Source: a virus
Lineage: Duplodnaviria; Caudoviricetes
IMG/VR virus record: IMGVR_UViG_3300034110_000260
Coordinates: 1-42,030 of that record
Strand: one strand, 5' to 3'
DNA: 42,030 nucleotides
Below, one piece after another: positions 24,333 to 32,947 of the stretch; the first letter of the stretch is position 1, and the number at the start of each line of letters is the position of its first letter. A model generated the notes under the pieces. It was not told the DNA's origin. It saw nothing but the letters and a program-made list of their open reading frames with translations, and did not search any database. A program made the translations under genes and the position numbers.

Positions 24333-24668
24333 ATGAAACCAACAAAAGAAATCGCCAAGGCATACAACCTGTCGCCAAACAGCGTTAAAAAATGGTCTGT
24401 AGCTAAACGTGAGCGCGCATCTCGCTTAATCGATATGCAAATCAACCCAGTGATCATGCAGCTAACAGGCGAGCTTCACGCGCTTTGTTTTGCAACTAGC
24501 AACATGAGCAATAAGTTAATTGCCAATGTGTTCACCAAAGACGGCTACGGCCATTTTAGCGTGTCTATTCTTGATGAGTCGCCAATGTATATTGTTGACC
24601 TGCAAGACCTGACTGTGACCAACCTGCAAAATGCAATTGCAAAGATAGACGGAATTATTTATGCGTAA
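24333..24668 (+). CDS. Protein with N-terminal HTH
   Basis: TKEIAKAYNLSPNSVKKW; GGAG SD. Confidence 0.65.
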   Translation: MKPTKEIAKAYNLSPNSVKKWSVAKRERASRLIDMQINPVIMQLTGELHALCFATSNMSNKLIANVFTKDGYGHFSVSILDESPMYIVDLQDLTVTNLQNAIAKIDGIIYA

Positions 24669-24783
24669 CGACCGACGCAAGTGTTTTAAGTCTCGCTTCT
24701 TTGAAGGCTTGGCTTGGTGTGTGCCGACAATGTTGCTTTTCTTTTATGTGATTTATGTGTTTTTTATGGAGTTGTCAAAATGA
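24661..24783 (+). CDS. 40-aa single-TM peptide
   Basis: Hand translation MRNDRRKCFKSRFFEGLAWCVPTMLLFFYVIYVFFMELSK; coupled to next ORF. Confidence 0.5.
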   Translation: MRNDRRKCFKSRFFEGLAWCVPTMLLFFYVIYVFFMELSK

Positions 24784-24950
24784 ACACAACACTAGCAATC
24801 CTATGCGCAATCGCCGGAATCGTGCTGATTGCATTAGTTATCCGAGACGCCCGCAAAGATGCGCACCGGATTGAAGAAAACGACCGGATTCGCAATGACT
24901 TTGAGAAGTTTCTGCGCACTGGAAATGACAAGCCTTGGAGTCAGAAATGA
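24780..24950 (+). CDS. 56-aa single-TM peptide
   Basis: MNTTLAILCAIAGIVLIALVIRD; GGAG SD. Confidence 0.6.
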   Translation: MNTTLAILCAIAGIVLIALVIRDARKDAHRIEENDRIRNDFEKFLRTGNDKPWSQK

Positions 24951-25159
24951 AAGGACTAGCCGAAGCAAAAGCCGCCATCATCAAGGCGCGCAATCAAGAT
25001 GAATTATACAAAGCCGTCGAGTCTATCTGTTTTGACTCCGGCTATCGTTTCGCCGACGATTGCGACTTGTTAGAAAATGCCGAGTTTGCGAAATTGCAGA
25101 ATAAGCCTGGAGTTTCTGAACTTTTACGATTTGCTGAAGTTTGGGAGCGGAAGTTATGA
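24947..25159 (+). CDS. Hypothetical protein
   Basis: ATGA-coupled, GGAG SD. Confidence 0.6.
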   Translation: MKGLAEAKAAIIKARNQDELYKAVESICFDSGYRFADDCDLLENAEFAKLQNKPGVSELLRFAEVWERKL

Positions 25160-25545
25160 AATTATCAAAAGAGCTAGAATTATGGCACTGCGACCGTCCT
25201 GACGAGTGGAAGATGGACGAATTTCGCCGCAATGCTGAGAAGTTGGAAGCCGAGCGCGATGCTCTGGCGGCTCAGGTTGAAGCGCTTAAAGACGCGGCAA
25301 ATTCCGCGTATTGCCACTGGAATTCGTCAAGCGATGTCTTCGGGGGAATGAAAAGGCTTATTGCCGCAGTGGAAGCGACACCGGCGCAATGTCTCGCCGA
25401 CGTGCGCGCCGAGGCTGGTCGGGCTGGGTTTATTGCTGGTTGCGAATTGATTATAGACCTCGTTTCGGATGGCTCTAACACTGGTGCTTATAAGTTCCAC
25501 GCCGACGAATACGCCAAGAAAATCCGGCAAGGCGGTGCGAAATGA
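25156..25545 (+). CDS. Hypothetical phage protein
   Basis: ATGA-coupled; ERDALAAQVEAL..VRAEAGRAGFIAG. Confidence 0.7.
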   Translation: MKLSKELELWHCDRPDEWKMDEFRRNAEKLEAERDALAAQVEALKDAANSAYCHWNSSSDVFGGMKRLIAAVEATPAQCLADVRAEAGRAGFIAGCELIIDLVSDGSNTGAYKFHADEYAKKIRQGGAK

Positions 25546-25661
25546 GTGATTTTGAATCATCATCCTTTTTTATTCTTGGTTTATGTTTTGGTGTGGCTTT
25601 AGGCTGTATTGTTTCAGCCTACGCCATCTACGACAAACAAGACAAGGAAAAAACAAAATGA
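25542..25661 (+). CDS. 39-aa single-TM peptide
   Basis: Hand translation MSDFESSSFFILGLCFGVALGCIVSAYAIYDKQDKEKTK; coupled at both ends. Confidence 0.55.
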   Translation: MSDFESSSFFILGLCFGVALGCIVSAYAIYDKQDKEKTK

Positions 25662-26029
25662 ACCTAAAATCCCAAATCATGGCAGCAATCGAGCAAGGCT
25701 TGACGAATAAGCAAATCGTCGAGCTAGTGCCAACTACGCTTAATTATGTTGTGCGCGTTAGAATTCAGTACAACGAAATAGCGCCGGAACCTATCCGATG
25801 TCCTGTGCAAGACAAGCCGAAGGAAGGCACAGCAAGCCGGATGGTTTATGATTACTTGACAGCCAACAGTGGCGCAAAGCCAGGCGACGTTAAGCGAGCA
25901 ACCGGAGTTGATTATGGGATCATCTACTCAGTGCGCAAGCTGTTTTTTGGTCACAAGCCGCGCGTTAATAAGTGGATTGCTCAGCCTGTCGCCATGCAAA
26001 CAGTCGAACTGTCGGAGCTTGCAGCATGA
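25658..26029 (+). CDS. Double-HTH-like protein
   Basis: GLTNKQIVELV and winged-HTH-like VYDYLTANSGAKPGDVKRATGV; AAGGA SD. Confidence 0.6.
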   Translation: MNLKSQIMAAIEQGLTNKQIVELVPTTLNYVVRVRIQYNEIAPEPIRCPVQDKPKEGTASRMVYDYLTANSGAKPGDVKRATGVDYGIIYSVRKLFFGHKPRVNKWIAQPVAMQTVELSELAA

Positions 26030-26247
26030 ACAGCAGAGAAAAAAGAAAGATAGAAGCCCAGCAGCATAACGACGCTATCGACTATGAAAGATGGCTCAAA
26101 AAAAACGCCATATATTCAAGAGTTGAGTCTGCTGATGAGTGGCGAAAGCATGGGTATAGCAAAGCAAGAAGCCAAAAGATATCAAGACGTGGCGCACTTG
26201 TTCTTGCTAGTTATTACGCATTATCAGTTGGAGCGTTAACAACATGA
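26026..26247 (+). CDS. Hypothetical protein
   Basis: Start MNSREKRK, coupled. Confidence 0.55.
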   Translation: MNSREKRKIEAQQHNDAIDYERWLKKNAIYSRVESADEWRKHGYSKARSQKISRRGALVLASYYALSVGALTT

Positions 26248-26387
26248 ACCAACCAAAAACAGCAGTGATCAAACTGAAAGCGACCGGCGAGCTAGTAACC
26301 GTCAGAAGCTACGGTTCGGGCTGGATCGACGCAAAAGGCAATCTGCACCATAAAACAACAGCAAAATTAGTGAAAGTAAATGGTTAA
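26244..26387 (+). CDS. Hypothetical protein (47 aa)
   Basis: Hand translation MNQPKTAVIKLKATGELVTV...; GGAG SD. Confidence 0.5.
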   Translation: MNQPKTAVIKLKATGELVTVRSYGSGWIDAKGNLHHKTTAKLVKVNG

Positions 26388-26832
26388 TTTAAATCTAGTA
26401 TCTCAGGAAGACAAACACTTGATTGCAGAGCTTGCAAAGTCGAACATGACAGCAAGCTTAATTGGTAACAAGTTTGGCTTTAAAGCAACCAAGGTTGTAG
26501 CCATCTGTGAATCTATGGGCGTTAAGGTGCGATACAATCAACGCAGTAGCAAAGACGCGCGATTGCTTGAAATGATTAAGTCACAGAAATACTCAGCAAA
26601 CTTCATTGCATCGGTGCTTGGCATGTGTAAGAATACCGTCAGAGCTGCGCAGCGTAATCTCGGGTTAACTTACTCGGAAGCTGTGAAGAAGCGCAATGCA
26701 AAGATTAAGCAAGTATTTATGCTGTGCAAAGATGGAATGTCAACAAAAGAGGCGTGCGCCGTTGTCGGCGTCACTGTCTCGATGTATAACCGATTGAAAT
26801 ACGAAATCGGATTGATAAAGAAAGGCGCTTGA
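26380..26832 (+). CDS. Multi-HTH DNA-binding protein
   Basis: Three HTH-like units (TASLIGNKFG, SANFIASVLGMCKNTV, STKEACAVVGVTVSMY). Confidence 0.6.
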   Translation: MVNLNLVSQEDKHLIAELAKSNMTASLIGNKFGFKATKVVAICESMGVKVRYNQRSSKDARLLEMIKSQKYSANFIASVLGMCKNTVRAAQRNLGLTYSEAVKKRNAKIKQVFMLCKDGMSTKEACAVVGVTVSMYNRLKYEIGLIKKGA

Positions 26833-26840
26833 TGCGCCTT
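26822..26840. terminator. Hairpin at convergence of early-right and late operons
   Basis: AAGGCGC-ttgat-GCGCCTT between convergent stops. Confidence 0.55.
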
Positions 26841-27144
26841 ATCTTATTAGCAAGCTATAAGCCAACACTCGCAACTTTTCACCGGACAGCAAATATCCAT
26901 CATCGAATTGCGCAGAGAATCCAACAATCTCAGGGTAGTAACTGCCTGGAGCTAAAGCTGTAGTGTCACCAATCGACAGCACCAAAGCATTTCCGTCAAT
27001 GTCCAACTCTGCGCTGCCGCTTGTGTAAGTCTCTCCACCTAAGCTAACAGTGATTGAAGTAAACGACGCAAGTGTAACGTCACCTGTGAACGTGAATTCA
27101 ATCCGCGCCGGATTGTCCTTACCTTTGATAATCACGTTTTGCAT
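26839..27144 (-). CDS. Putative structural Ig-like/adaptor protein
   Basis: 101 aa beta-rich, DTTALAPGSYY motif; end of late operon. Confidence 0.5.
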   Translation of the reverse strand: MQNVIIKGKDNPARIEFTFTGDVTLASFTSITVSLGGETYTSGSAELDIDGNALVLSIGDTTALAPGSYYPEIVGFSAQFDDGYLLSGEKLRVLAYSLLIR

Positions 27145-27152
27145 GGTGTCAC

Positions 27153-27578
27153 CTATGACGAAGAAATCAATGGCGAAGCTAATTGGATCCGGTGTGTGTC
27201 ACCTGCTGCCAATGTGATTGCGCTGCCGAAGTTCCAAAACGCGATCAACTCTTTGTTAGTCGCTGTGTCATTGTACAAAACTGCGTATTGATATGGCCCA
27301 ATGCCTGCGCCTGTCGCCGTCAATGTAGTATCAACCGAAACAGCCAGCGAGTAATTGCCACCTGTTTGACCTGATGACGTTACGGTCACAGCAATGCCGC
27401 CTGCTGTGTAGCCATTACCGCCTGAAATCTCCGCAACGTCTGCCTTGACATTGCTTGCTGATGCGCTTGGCGTTGCGTTGGTTAAGTAAACTTTCAGCGA
27501 GTCAGAAGAAAGGTTATGCTTCTTCTCATAAACCGCTTCGATAAACGATTGGATCTTTGTTGCCGTTAGTGTTGCCAT
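27153..27578 (-). CDS. Putative virion fibre/appendage subunit
   Basis: LKVYLTN..AEISGGNGYTAGG..YAVLYNDT..FGSAITL family motif seen in phage structural cassettes. Confidence 0.65.
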   Translation of the reverse strand: MATLTATKIQSFIEAVYEKKHNLSSDSLKVYLTNATPSASASNVKADVAEISGGNGYTAGGIAVTVTSSGQTGGNYSLAVSVDTTLTATGAGIGPYQYAVLYNDTATNKELIAFWNFGSAITLAAGDTHRIQLASPLISSS

Positions 27579-28249
27579 GTTATCTCCAAAATATCTGCTG
27601 CATAGCCTGCGCTAATGCCGTTGTTTGCATAAGCCGCAGCAATAGCGCTATCGGCAAACTTAATTGTATAACCTTCAATCGTTACTGTCACTTCACCACT
27701 GCGAGTTGATGTTAGCTGCCCGATGGTAGATGAATAAACTGCACCGGATAAAGCAGAGCTATAGCCGAGTCCGGCAGTCATTGATCCAATCGAACTATTA
27801 AACGCAATGCCATTTAAGACGCTTGCACGCTGCACTGTTGACATCATCTCGCCAAGGCTTGACGTATACAGCAAGCCAGTAAGCAAGCTGTCATAACCTG
27901 ATGCGCTTTCAGTTGTTGACGTTAAGTCTCCAATCGAGCTTGAGTAAGCCGAAGCACTCAACACCGACGAATAACCGCGAGTAGCCGCCAAGCTGCCTAC
28001 AGAGCTTGTGAAGCTGATACTGCTTAATGTGCTTGCATAGCCTCTAGTCGCTGTAAGATTGCCAACGTTGCTGCTGTAGCTTGCGCCTGATAGCGTGTCA
28101 GCCTTTGCCCGTGTTGATGTTAGTGAGTCAATAGAGCTAGTGAATGTGACGCCGCTTAATATGTCATCATAAGTGGTGCCACCACCGCCACCTGAAAAGC
28201 TAGCAACATTGCCAAGCTGCATTAACCCGCTATGAGCTAGCCCGTACAT
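27566..28249 (-). CDS. Ser/Thr-rich protein with seven ~22-aa repeats
   Basis: Repeat xxLSGxx(F/Y)xSSIGxLTxTRxY. Confidence 0.7.
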   Translation of the reverse strand: MYGLAHSGLMQLGNVASFSGGGGGTTYDDILSGVTFTSSIDSLTSTRAKADTLSGASYSSNVGNLTATRGYASTLSSISFTSSVGSLAATRGYSSVLSASAYSSSIGDLTSTTESASGYDSLLTGLLYTSSLGEMMSTVQRASVLNGIAFNSSIGSMTAGLGYSSALSGAVYSSTIGQLTSTRSGEVTVTIEGYTIKFADSAIAAAYANNGISAGYAADILEITWQH

Positions 28250-28728
28250 TTAATGGCCCACAACTCAGCTAATCGGTGCAATTCTCCGGCATCAGGTAGA
28301 GCCTTAACTTTATCCTCAAGCGCATCTTTCGCGCCTTGTAATCTTCCATACAGCACAGAGAATAACTCAGCTTTGGCCTTCACCTTCATCACAAGAGCTT
28401 CAATTTCAATACCGCGAGCCTGAGCCATTGCAGCAAGCATTGAGATTGGCCGATAGCCGTAAGCCTCGCTAACTTGCACCGACCACGAGTCTCGCTCAAC
28501 TTGTGTCGTCCCTGCCGTCAGCTTTTCCACTTCAGCCTGAAACCATTCGTTGATCTCGATTAGTTTTTTAGCTTTCTCAGCGCCCCAAGGATTGTACGAT
28601 GCAATCAATTGATTAACTAAATCATCAGGTGCATTTGCAGACCACTTGCCGTCTAGCTCTTCTAAAAATACGCCGTTTTGCTCAAGATGCAAAAATAAGC
28701 CAAGCCCTTTTTCTTGAAAGTTAATCAT
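28237..28728 (-). CDS. Tail-fibre-assembly-like protein
   Basis: ERDSWSVQVSEA..MLAAMAQARGI..LVMKVKAKA..G..ALED pattern. Confidence 0.6.
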   Translation of the reverse strand: MINFQEKGLGLFLHLEQNGVFLEELDGKWSANAPDDLVNQLIASYNPWGAEKAKKLIEINEWFQAEVEKLTAGTTQVERDSWSVQVSEAYGYRPISMLAAMAQARGIEIEALVMKVKAKAELFSVLYGRLQGAKDALEDKVKALPDAGELHRLAELWAIKCTG

Positions 28729-29594
28729 TGTATCCCCCCTTTAAATAATGCCTGCGGAGCGCCTAAATTTGGCAGTGGCGTCATAGCGTCAGGCGTTGAA
28801 GATGGAAGCGCTGTGAAGTAAGCGGCATTGCCGACTTGCCAATAAGATATTGCGTTATTTTCGTAAGTGTTTGTACAAGCTCCTTGCCAGTTTACGTTTG
28901 CAGTACCAGCCATCAGCACCGGAGCGCCATTACTGATTACCGCAATGCCGTAAACGCCTTGGCCAAGTTTAATATCTGTCGTGATAGCCTTGTAGCCAGT
29001 CGTTGATACGTCAACAGTGCCAAGATCAACCAATAACGGATGGATAGTGTTATAGTCACTGCCAACGTCAGACTGCTTGACTAGGTTGTAAATACCTACA
29101 CGCATCGTTGAACTTGCAGCAGCCGTCCTTACTAAAAATGCAATTGTCGTTATTCTGCAAGGCGCTATGATTAAGTGAGGCGCAACGTACATTGTATTGG
29201 CACTTAGAGTTATTGATCCGCGCATGCCGACAGATTGCCCTGTTGATGAATACGCCGTTTTATTCATCATTTTAGCGCCAAAAGCTCTAGCATCAGTTGG
29301 CACAAATACAAGTTTGTCACCTGCTGAAAAGTTAATCTTTGCAGTTGTGCCTAGCGAGTTGTTAAACACGTTTTGACGCACAAGAGTAGTTGATGCGCTT
29401 AAGTAACCTTCGCCACTTTCCCAATTTCCTGACGTGTCGCGGATCATGTATGGAAATACGTGGTTAGTGCCGTAAAAGCTGTTGAAAGTCAGATTGCCAG
29501 TATTGAAAGTGCCTGACTGTGACCAAGCACCTGCAAGCGTGAAATTGCCTGTGCCAGTGCTTGTGCTTGTCTCTGCAATGTTATTTGCGCTCAT
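28725..29594 (-). CDS. Putative accessory fibre/structural protein
   Basis: ETSTSTGTGNFTLAGA..WESGEG..TTLVR..INFSAGDKLVF N-terminal module. Confidence 0.6.
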   Translation of the reverse strand: MSANNIAETSTSTGTGNFTLAGAWSQSGTFNTGNLTFNSFYGTNHVFPYMIRDTSGNWESGEGYLSASTTLVRQNVFNNSLGTTAKINFSAGDKLVFVPTDARAFGAKMMNKTAYSSTGQSVGMRGSITLSANTMYVAPHLIIAPCRITTIAFLVRTAAASSTMRVGIYNLVKQSDVGSDYNTIHPLLVDLGTVDVSTTGYKAITTDIKLGQGVYGIAVISNGAPVLMAGTANVNWQGACTNTYENNAISYWQVGNAAYFTALPSSTPDAMTPLPNLGAPQALFKGGIQ

Positions 29595-29811
29595 TAAGCC
29601 TGTCCCATTCTATCGACTCGAAGCAATGATTCTTTTGCCATGGTCGAAACAGTGAATTGATAAACCATTGGTATAGTTTATACCGCTTTTTAGTTGTAGT
29701 CAGCGCTTTATAGCCAACATATCCGGATATAGTTTGATCAGGATGCGTGCCGAATAAAAGCACTGCAAAGAATTGGTCGATTGAGATTAGCAGGTTGTAG
29801 GCTCGGTTCAT
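29581..29811 (-). CDS. Conserved small phage protein
   Basis: NLLISIDQ..PDQTISG..INSLF..NHC..SIE. Confidence 0.7.
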   Translation of the reverse strand: MNRAYNLLISIDQFFAVLLFGTHPDQTISGYVGYKALTTTKKRYKLYQWFINSLFRPWQKNHCFESIEWDRLNERK

Positions 29812-30245
29812 TTGCCAGTCCTGTCAGTCTGCACTTCTTTGGTTTTCTCGTAAGTGCGATATGCGCCTAAGCCAAGTATGCCAAACAATACCTGCATTGT
29901 GATTGTTGTATCTAACACTGGAAAGTCTCCGGAATATTCAAACACAACCCGCGCCATAAATCGTGCTATTGGCTCAAGCACAGCAGCATAAGCCAAGCCA
30001 AAAGCACCAATCCACATAACAGCAGGGCGCGCACCAGCTACGAAAACTGACGGATGCTGCGCTTCTACTTTGTTGATCTCAATTTGCCCGAGCATCAAAG
30101 AAACTTCAGCTTGCAGCTTTGCCAAATCGCCGTCTTGTTTCAGCTTCTCAAGTTTGAAAAGTTCCTCTGCTCGCTTTGACGGATCCGGCCAAATTTTTTC
30201 GATTGCTGTTTTGCCGAGTTCAAACAGTGCGTCTAGTGGATTCAT
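29808..30245 (-). CDS. Holin (3TM/GTA-type)
   Basis: IEKIWPDP..QIEINKVEA..FVAGARPAVMW..GILGLGAYRTYEK. Confidence 0.85.
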   Translation of the reverse strand: MNPLDALFELGKTAIEKIWPDPSKRAEELFKLEKLKQDGDLAKLQAEVSLMLGQIEINKVEAQHPSVFVAGARPAVMWIGAFGLAYAAVLEPIARFMARVVFEYSGDFPVLDTTITMQVLFGILGLGAYRTYEKTKEVQTDRTGK

Positions 30246-30628
30246 AGCAGCGTAACCTCAAATTCATCCGGCAACAAAGCCAGAAGTTTTGCCAAAGTAT
30301 CTTTGCTGTTGGTCACATCTGGAATTGTATCTGCATCCAAGAATGTGACGCTTGAGCCAACAAGAATGCAGCCTTGAATCTGCCGCGTATAGTTTCCGCC
30401 ATGGCATTGAATGCTTGAGCGCTGCGGTACATTGCGGAGCTCAAACACTGAGCCATTGCGCTGACTGATGCGCTTAAATGCCTTGTAAGTGCCTTTTGGT
30501 ATGCAGCTTACATTTGACTCGTTCTCTAGCCATGGCAGTTCCAAAGTAAAGCACTGAAACGCGCTACCGGACAGCGTGAGCCGCCCGACAGTGCAATCGT
30601 TATGGTACCATCGTTTAATTGTTAGCAT
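30242..30628 (-). CDS. DUF5675-family putative endolysin
   Basis: TVGRL..CFTLELPW..SCIPKGTY..VPQRSSIQCHGGN..GCILVG; adjacent to holin. Confidence 0.82.
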   Translation of the reverse strand: MLTIKRWYHNDCTVGRLTLSGSAFQCFTLELPWLENESNVSCIPKGTYKAFKRISQRNGSVFELRNVPQRSSIQCHGGNYTRQIQGCILVGSSVTFLDADTIPDVTNSKDTLAKLLALLPDEFEVTLL

Positions 30629-32911
30629 TTAAACCTCATCTATACTGACTTGCCAACTAACAACAACGCCCTGCGACGCTGCAAAATTTGTTGCGTCTGG
30701 TGTAGCAATCCAAGGGCGGATGCTTGTAGCTGTCAGAGCACCGATGTCAAGATAGCCCTGCGGGATTTTTGTACCTATATAGCCTGCGTTAATAGGGTGA
30801 ACACTGGCGTCTGGTATTCTTGGGTATTGCCACTTTAGTGACTGGATGGAGCCTGCCACCTGATTAACTCCGGTAGCAGTTGTTATGGTCTGCCTCCCTG
30901 ACTGCGCTTGTAACTTATGCGGAAAGTCAAGATAGTGATTCCCGTTATGGTTGCATAATGGCTTGTTGGCGATTGTTGAGCTTATGTTATCAACAATAAT
31001 ATAGTCGCTATCTGCTGTGCCTGAGTCTCTAGCGGTGAATAGCACTTGCCCCAAATTGTTAACCTTCAAATCAACATCATCTATTTTGATGTTTATTTTG
31101 TTTGTTGTTCCGCGATTGCGCATCAACATCATTGATGTGATTGCGCTGAAGTCTATCCCGTTGATTGATGAGCCGCTTAAATCCAGAGTGACATCTTCAA
31201 CAGTTCGGTTGTCTATCGCGCTATTATTTCCGCCTATATCAACAACGCCTCGTGATGCGTCAGACGGGTCTGCGTATGAAATTAATCTGCAATTTCTTGC
31301 ATACAGAGTGCCGCCAACAACCTCTGATGAGTAAATGCAGACGCCGTTTAACATGCCGTAAATTGTGCAATTCTCATAGCCATTATCTTTACCCTGCCAA
31401 GTAGCACCGCCGTATATTGTGCAGTTTGAATATTTAGCGCCTTCAGTGTTTCCATGAAAGTCAGCAGCAAAAACATCAGAATTTGGGTCATTGCTGATCG
31501 TGATTCCATCAAAAAGTAAATCCCTGCAAGGTACAGCGCAAATCTCACCATCACCGCCAGTTGTTATTGCATGACGTCTAGCGTGAGCCTTTCCGCCAAA
31601 ACCTTTGATTATTTGACTGTTTGTTATGACAACACCGTAATCGTCCCCTGAACCTGTGCCTGCATTAGATATATCTACCTTTTCAAAGGCGCAGTTATAA
31701 GAGCGAATGAATTGCAAGACTGAGTTGTTTTTGTGTTTTCCTTTAAAACCTTTTGCGTAACAGTGCCGTCCAAATTCAATATCAATTAAGCTAGTTGATT
31801 TGTCACCTCTAATGTCAATGTCGCCAAGAAGGACACGAATAGGATTTAGTTTGTAAACGTCAACAGCTGCGGCAGTGTATGAGCTATACAGAGGATTAAC
31901 CAGCCTTACAGTTGTTCCAGAAACTGCGGCAACTTCACACATTTCTCCAGAAAAATAGACAGACCTGAAGGTAGACCAGCTAGACGGCGTAGGGTTAAAA
32001 ATGAAAAACACATCGCCTTGCTGTAAGCCATGACTTGACGCGAAAGTAACTTGATACGCTCCCTTTGAAATTGATGCTGACAAGTCAGGCAATGTACTGC
32101 GAGAACCTGAAAACTTTGTCCAGTAAGCGCCAATAAAGCTGGAATCTGTGCAGTCAATAAATGAGCCAGCAGACATTGTGATCATGATGTCAGAGTTGTG
32201 AGTTGATGCGCCTAAAAACTTATAACCCCCGACTCCACCAAAATGCGCCCAATTAGCGCCAGAATCGAGCAGGGCTTGCCACGCTGCCGAGTTATCAGCA
32301 ACTCCAACACCGCCGCCGAACTCTTCAATGGTTCTAAATCCTGCCGATGTTCTCTTAGCAATATCGCCAGCTTCAACCCCTCCAACTAAAACAGTTGAGT
32401 CATCATCTGCAAGTTCGTTTCTAAGTGCGTAGTCACTTATTAAAAACCACTGACCAGCACCAACCGGAGTAGGCGCACTGCCTGCTGTAACAACTTTAGG
32501 AAGGCTGCCATCCCAACGCCAATACGACGAGCCATCAGAAAGCACTTGGTTTGCTTGTGTGAGTGTTGCGCCTGCTGCAAAAGTCCCTGAAGGAATATAG
32601 CCAGCATTCAAAACAGCAGCGTCAAACTGAGCTTGAAGCTCTGCAACGTCTTGCAACTGAATTACTTGCACGGGAGTTGAGTCTGAGAAAGTCAGCGTAT
32701 AAACATCATCCGGCGCATAGAATGCAAAATGTCCGGTCGATGTGGTTGTAATTGGATTCGATAGCGTAGCGCCTGCAATGTTGTTTTCTACGTAAAGCGT
32801 TGCTAATCCTGAGTCTGATTGTCTGCGCACTGTAACAGTTACACCGCTTGCTGCGTTTCCTGTGATGCTAGATGCGAATTGCCGGATAAGCTGACCGTTG
32901 TATTTCTGCAT
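30629..32911 (-). CDS. Tailspike / polysaccharide depolymerase (beta-helix)
   Basis: N-terminal GTFAAGATLT..YWRWDGSLPKVV tailspike domain; TIEEFGGGVGVADNSAAWQA beta-helix cap; repeated parallel beta-helix rungs. Confidence 0.8.
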   Translation of the reverse strand: MQKYNGQLIRQFASSITGNAASGVTVTVRRQSDSGLATLYVENNIAGATLSNPITTTSTGHFAFYAPDDVYTLTFSDSTPVQVIQLQDVAELQAQFDAAVLNAGYIPSGTFAAGATLTQANQVLSDGSSYWRWDGSLPKVVTAGSAPTPVGAGQWFLISDYALRNELADDDSTVLVGGVEAGDIAKRTSAGFRTIEEFGGGVGVADNSAAWQALLDSGANWAHFGGVGGYKFLGASTHNSDIMITMSAGSFIDCTDSSFIGAYWTKFSGSRSTLPDLSASISKGAYQVTFASSHGLQQGDVFFIFNPTPSSWSTFRSVYFSGEMCEVAAVSGTTVRLVNPLYSSYTAAAVDVYKLNPIRVLLGDIDIRGDKSTSLIDIEFGRHCYAKGFKGKHKNNSVLQFIRSYNCAFEKVDISNAGTGSGDDYGVVITNSQIIKGFGGKAHARRHAITTGGDGEICAVPCRDLLFDGITISNDPNSDVFAADFHGNTEGAKYSNCTIYGGATWQGKDNGYENCTIYGMLNGVCIYSSEVVGGTLYARNCRLISYADPSDASRGVVDIGGNNSAIDNRTVEDVTLDLSGSSINGIDFSAITSMMLMRNRGTTNKINIKIDDVDLKVNNLGQVLFTARDSGTADSDYIIVDNISSTIANKPLCNHNGNHYLDFPHKLQAQSGRQTITTATGVNQVAGSIQSLKWQYPRIPDASVHPINAGYIGTKIPQGYLDIGALTATSIRPWIATPDATNFAASQGVVVSWQVSIDEV

Positions 32912-32947
32912 TGATTGAACTCCGTTTAATAATCAGTCTAGTTTATA

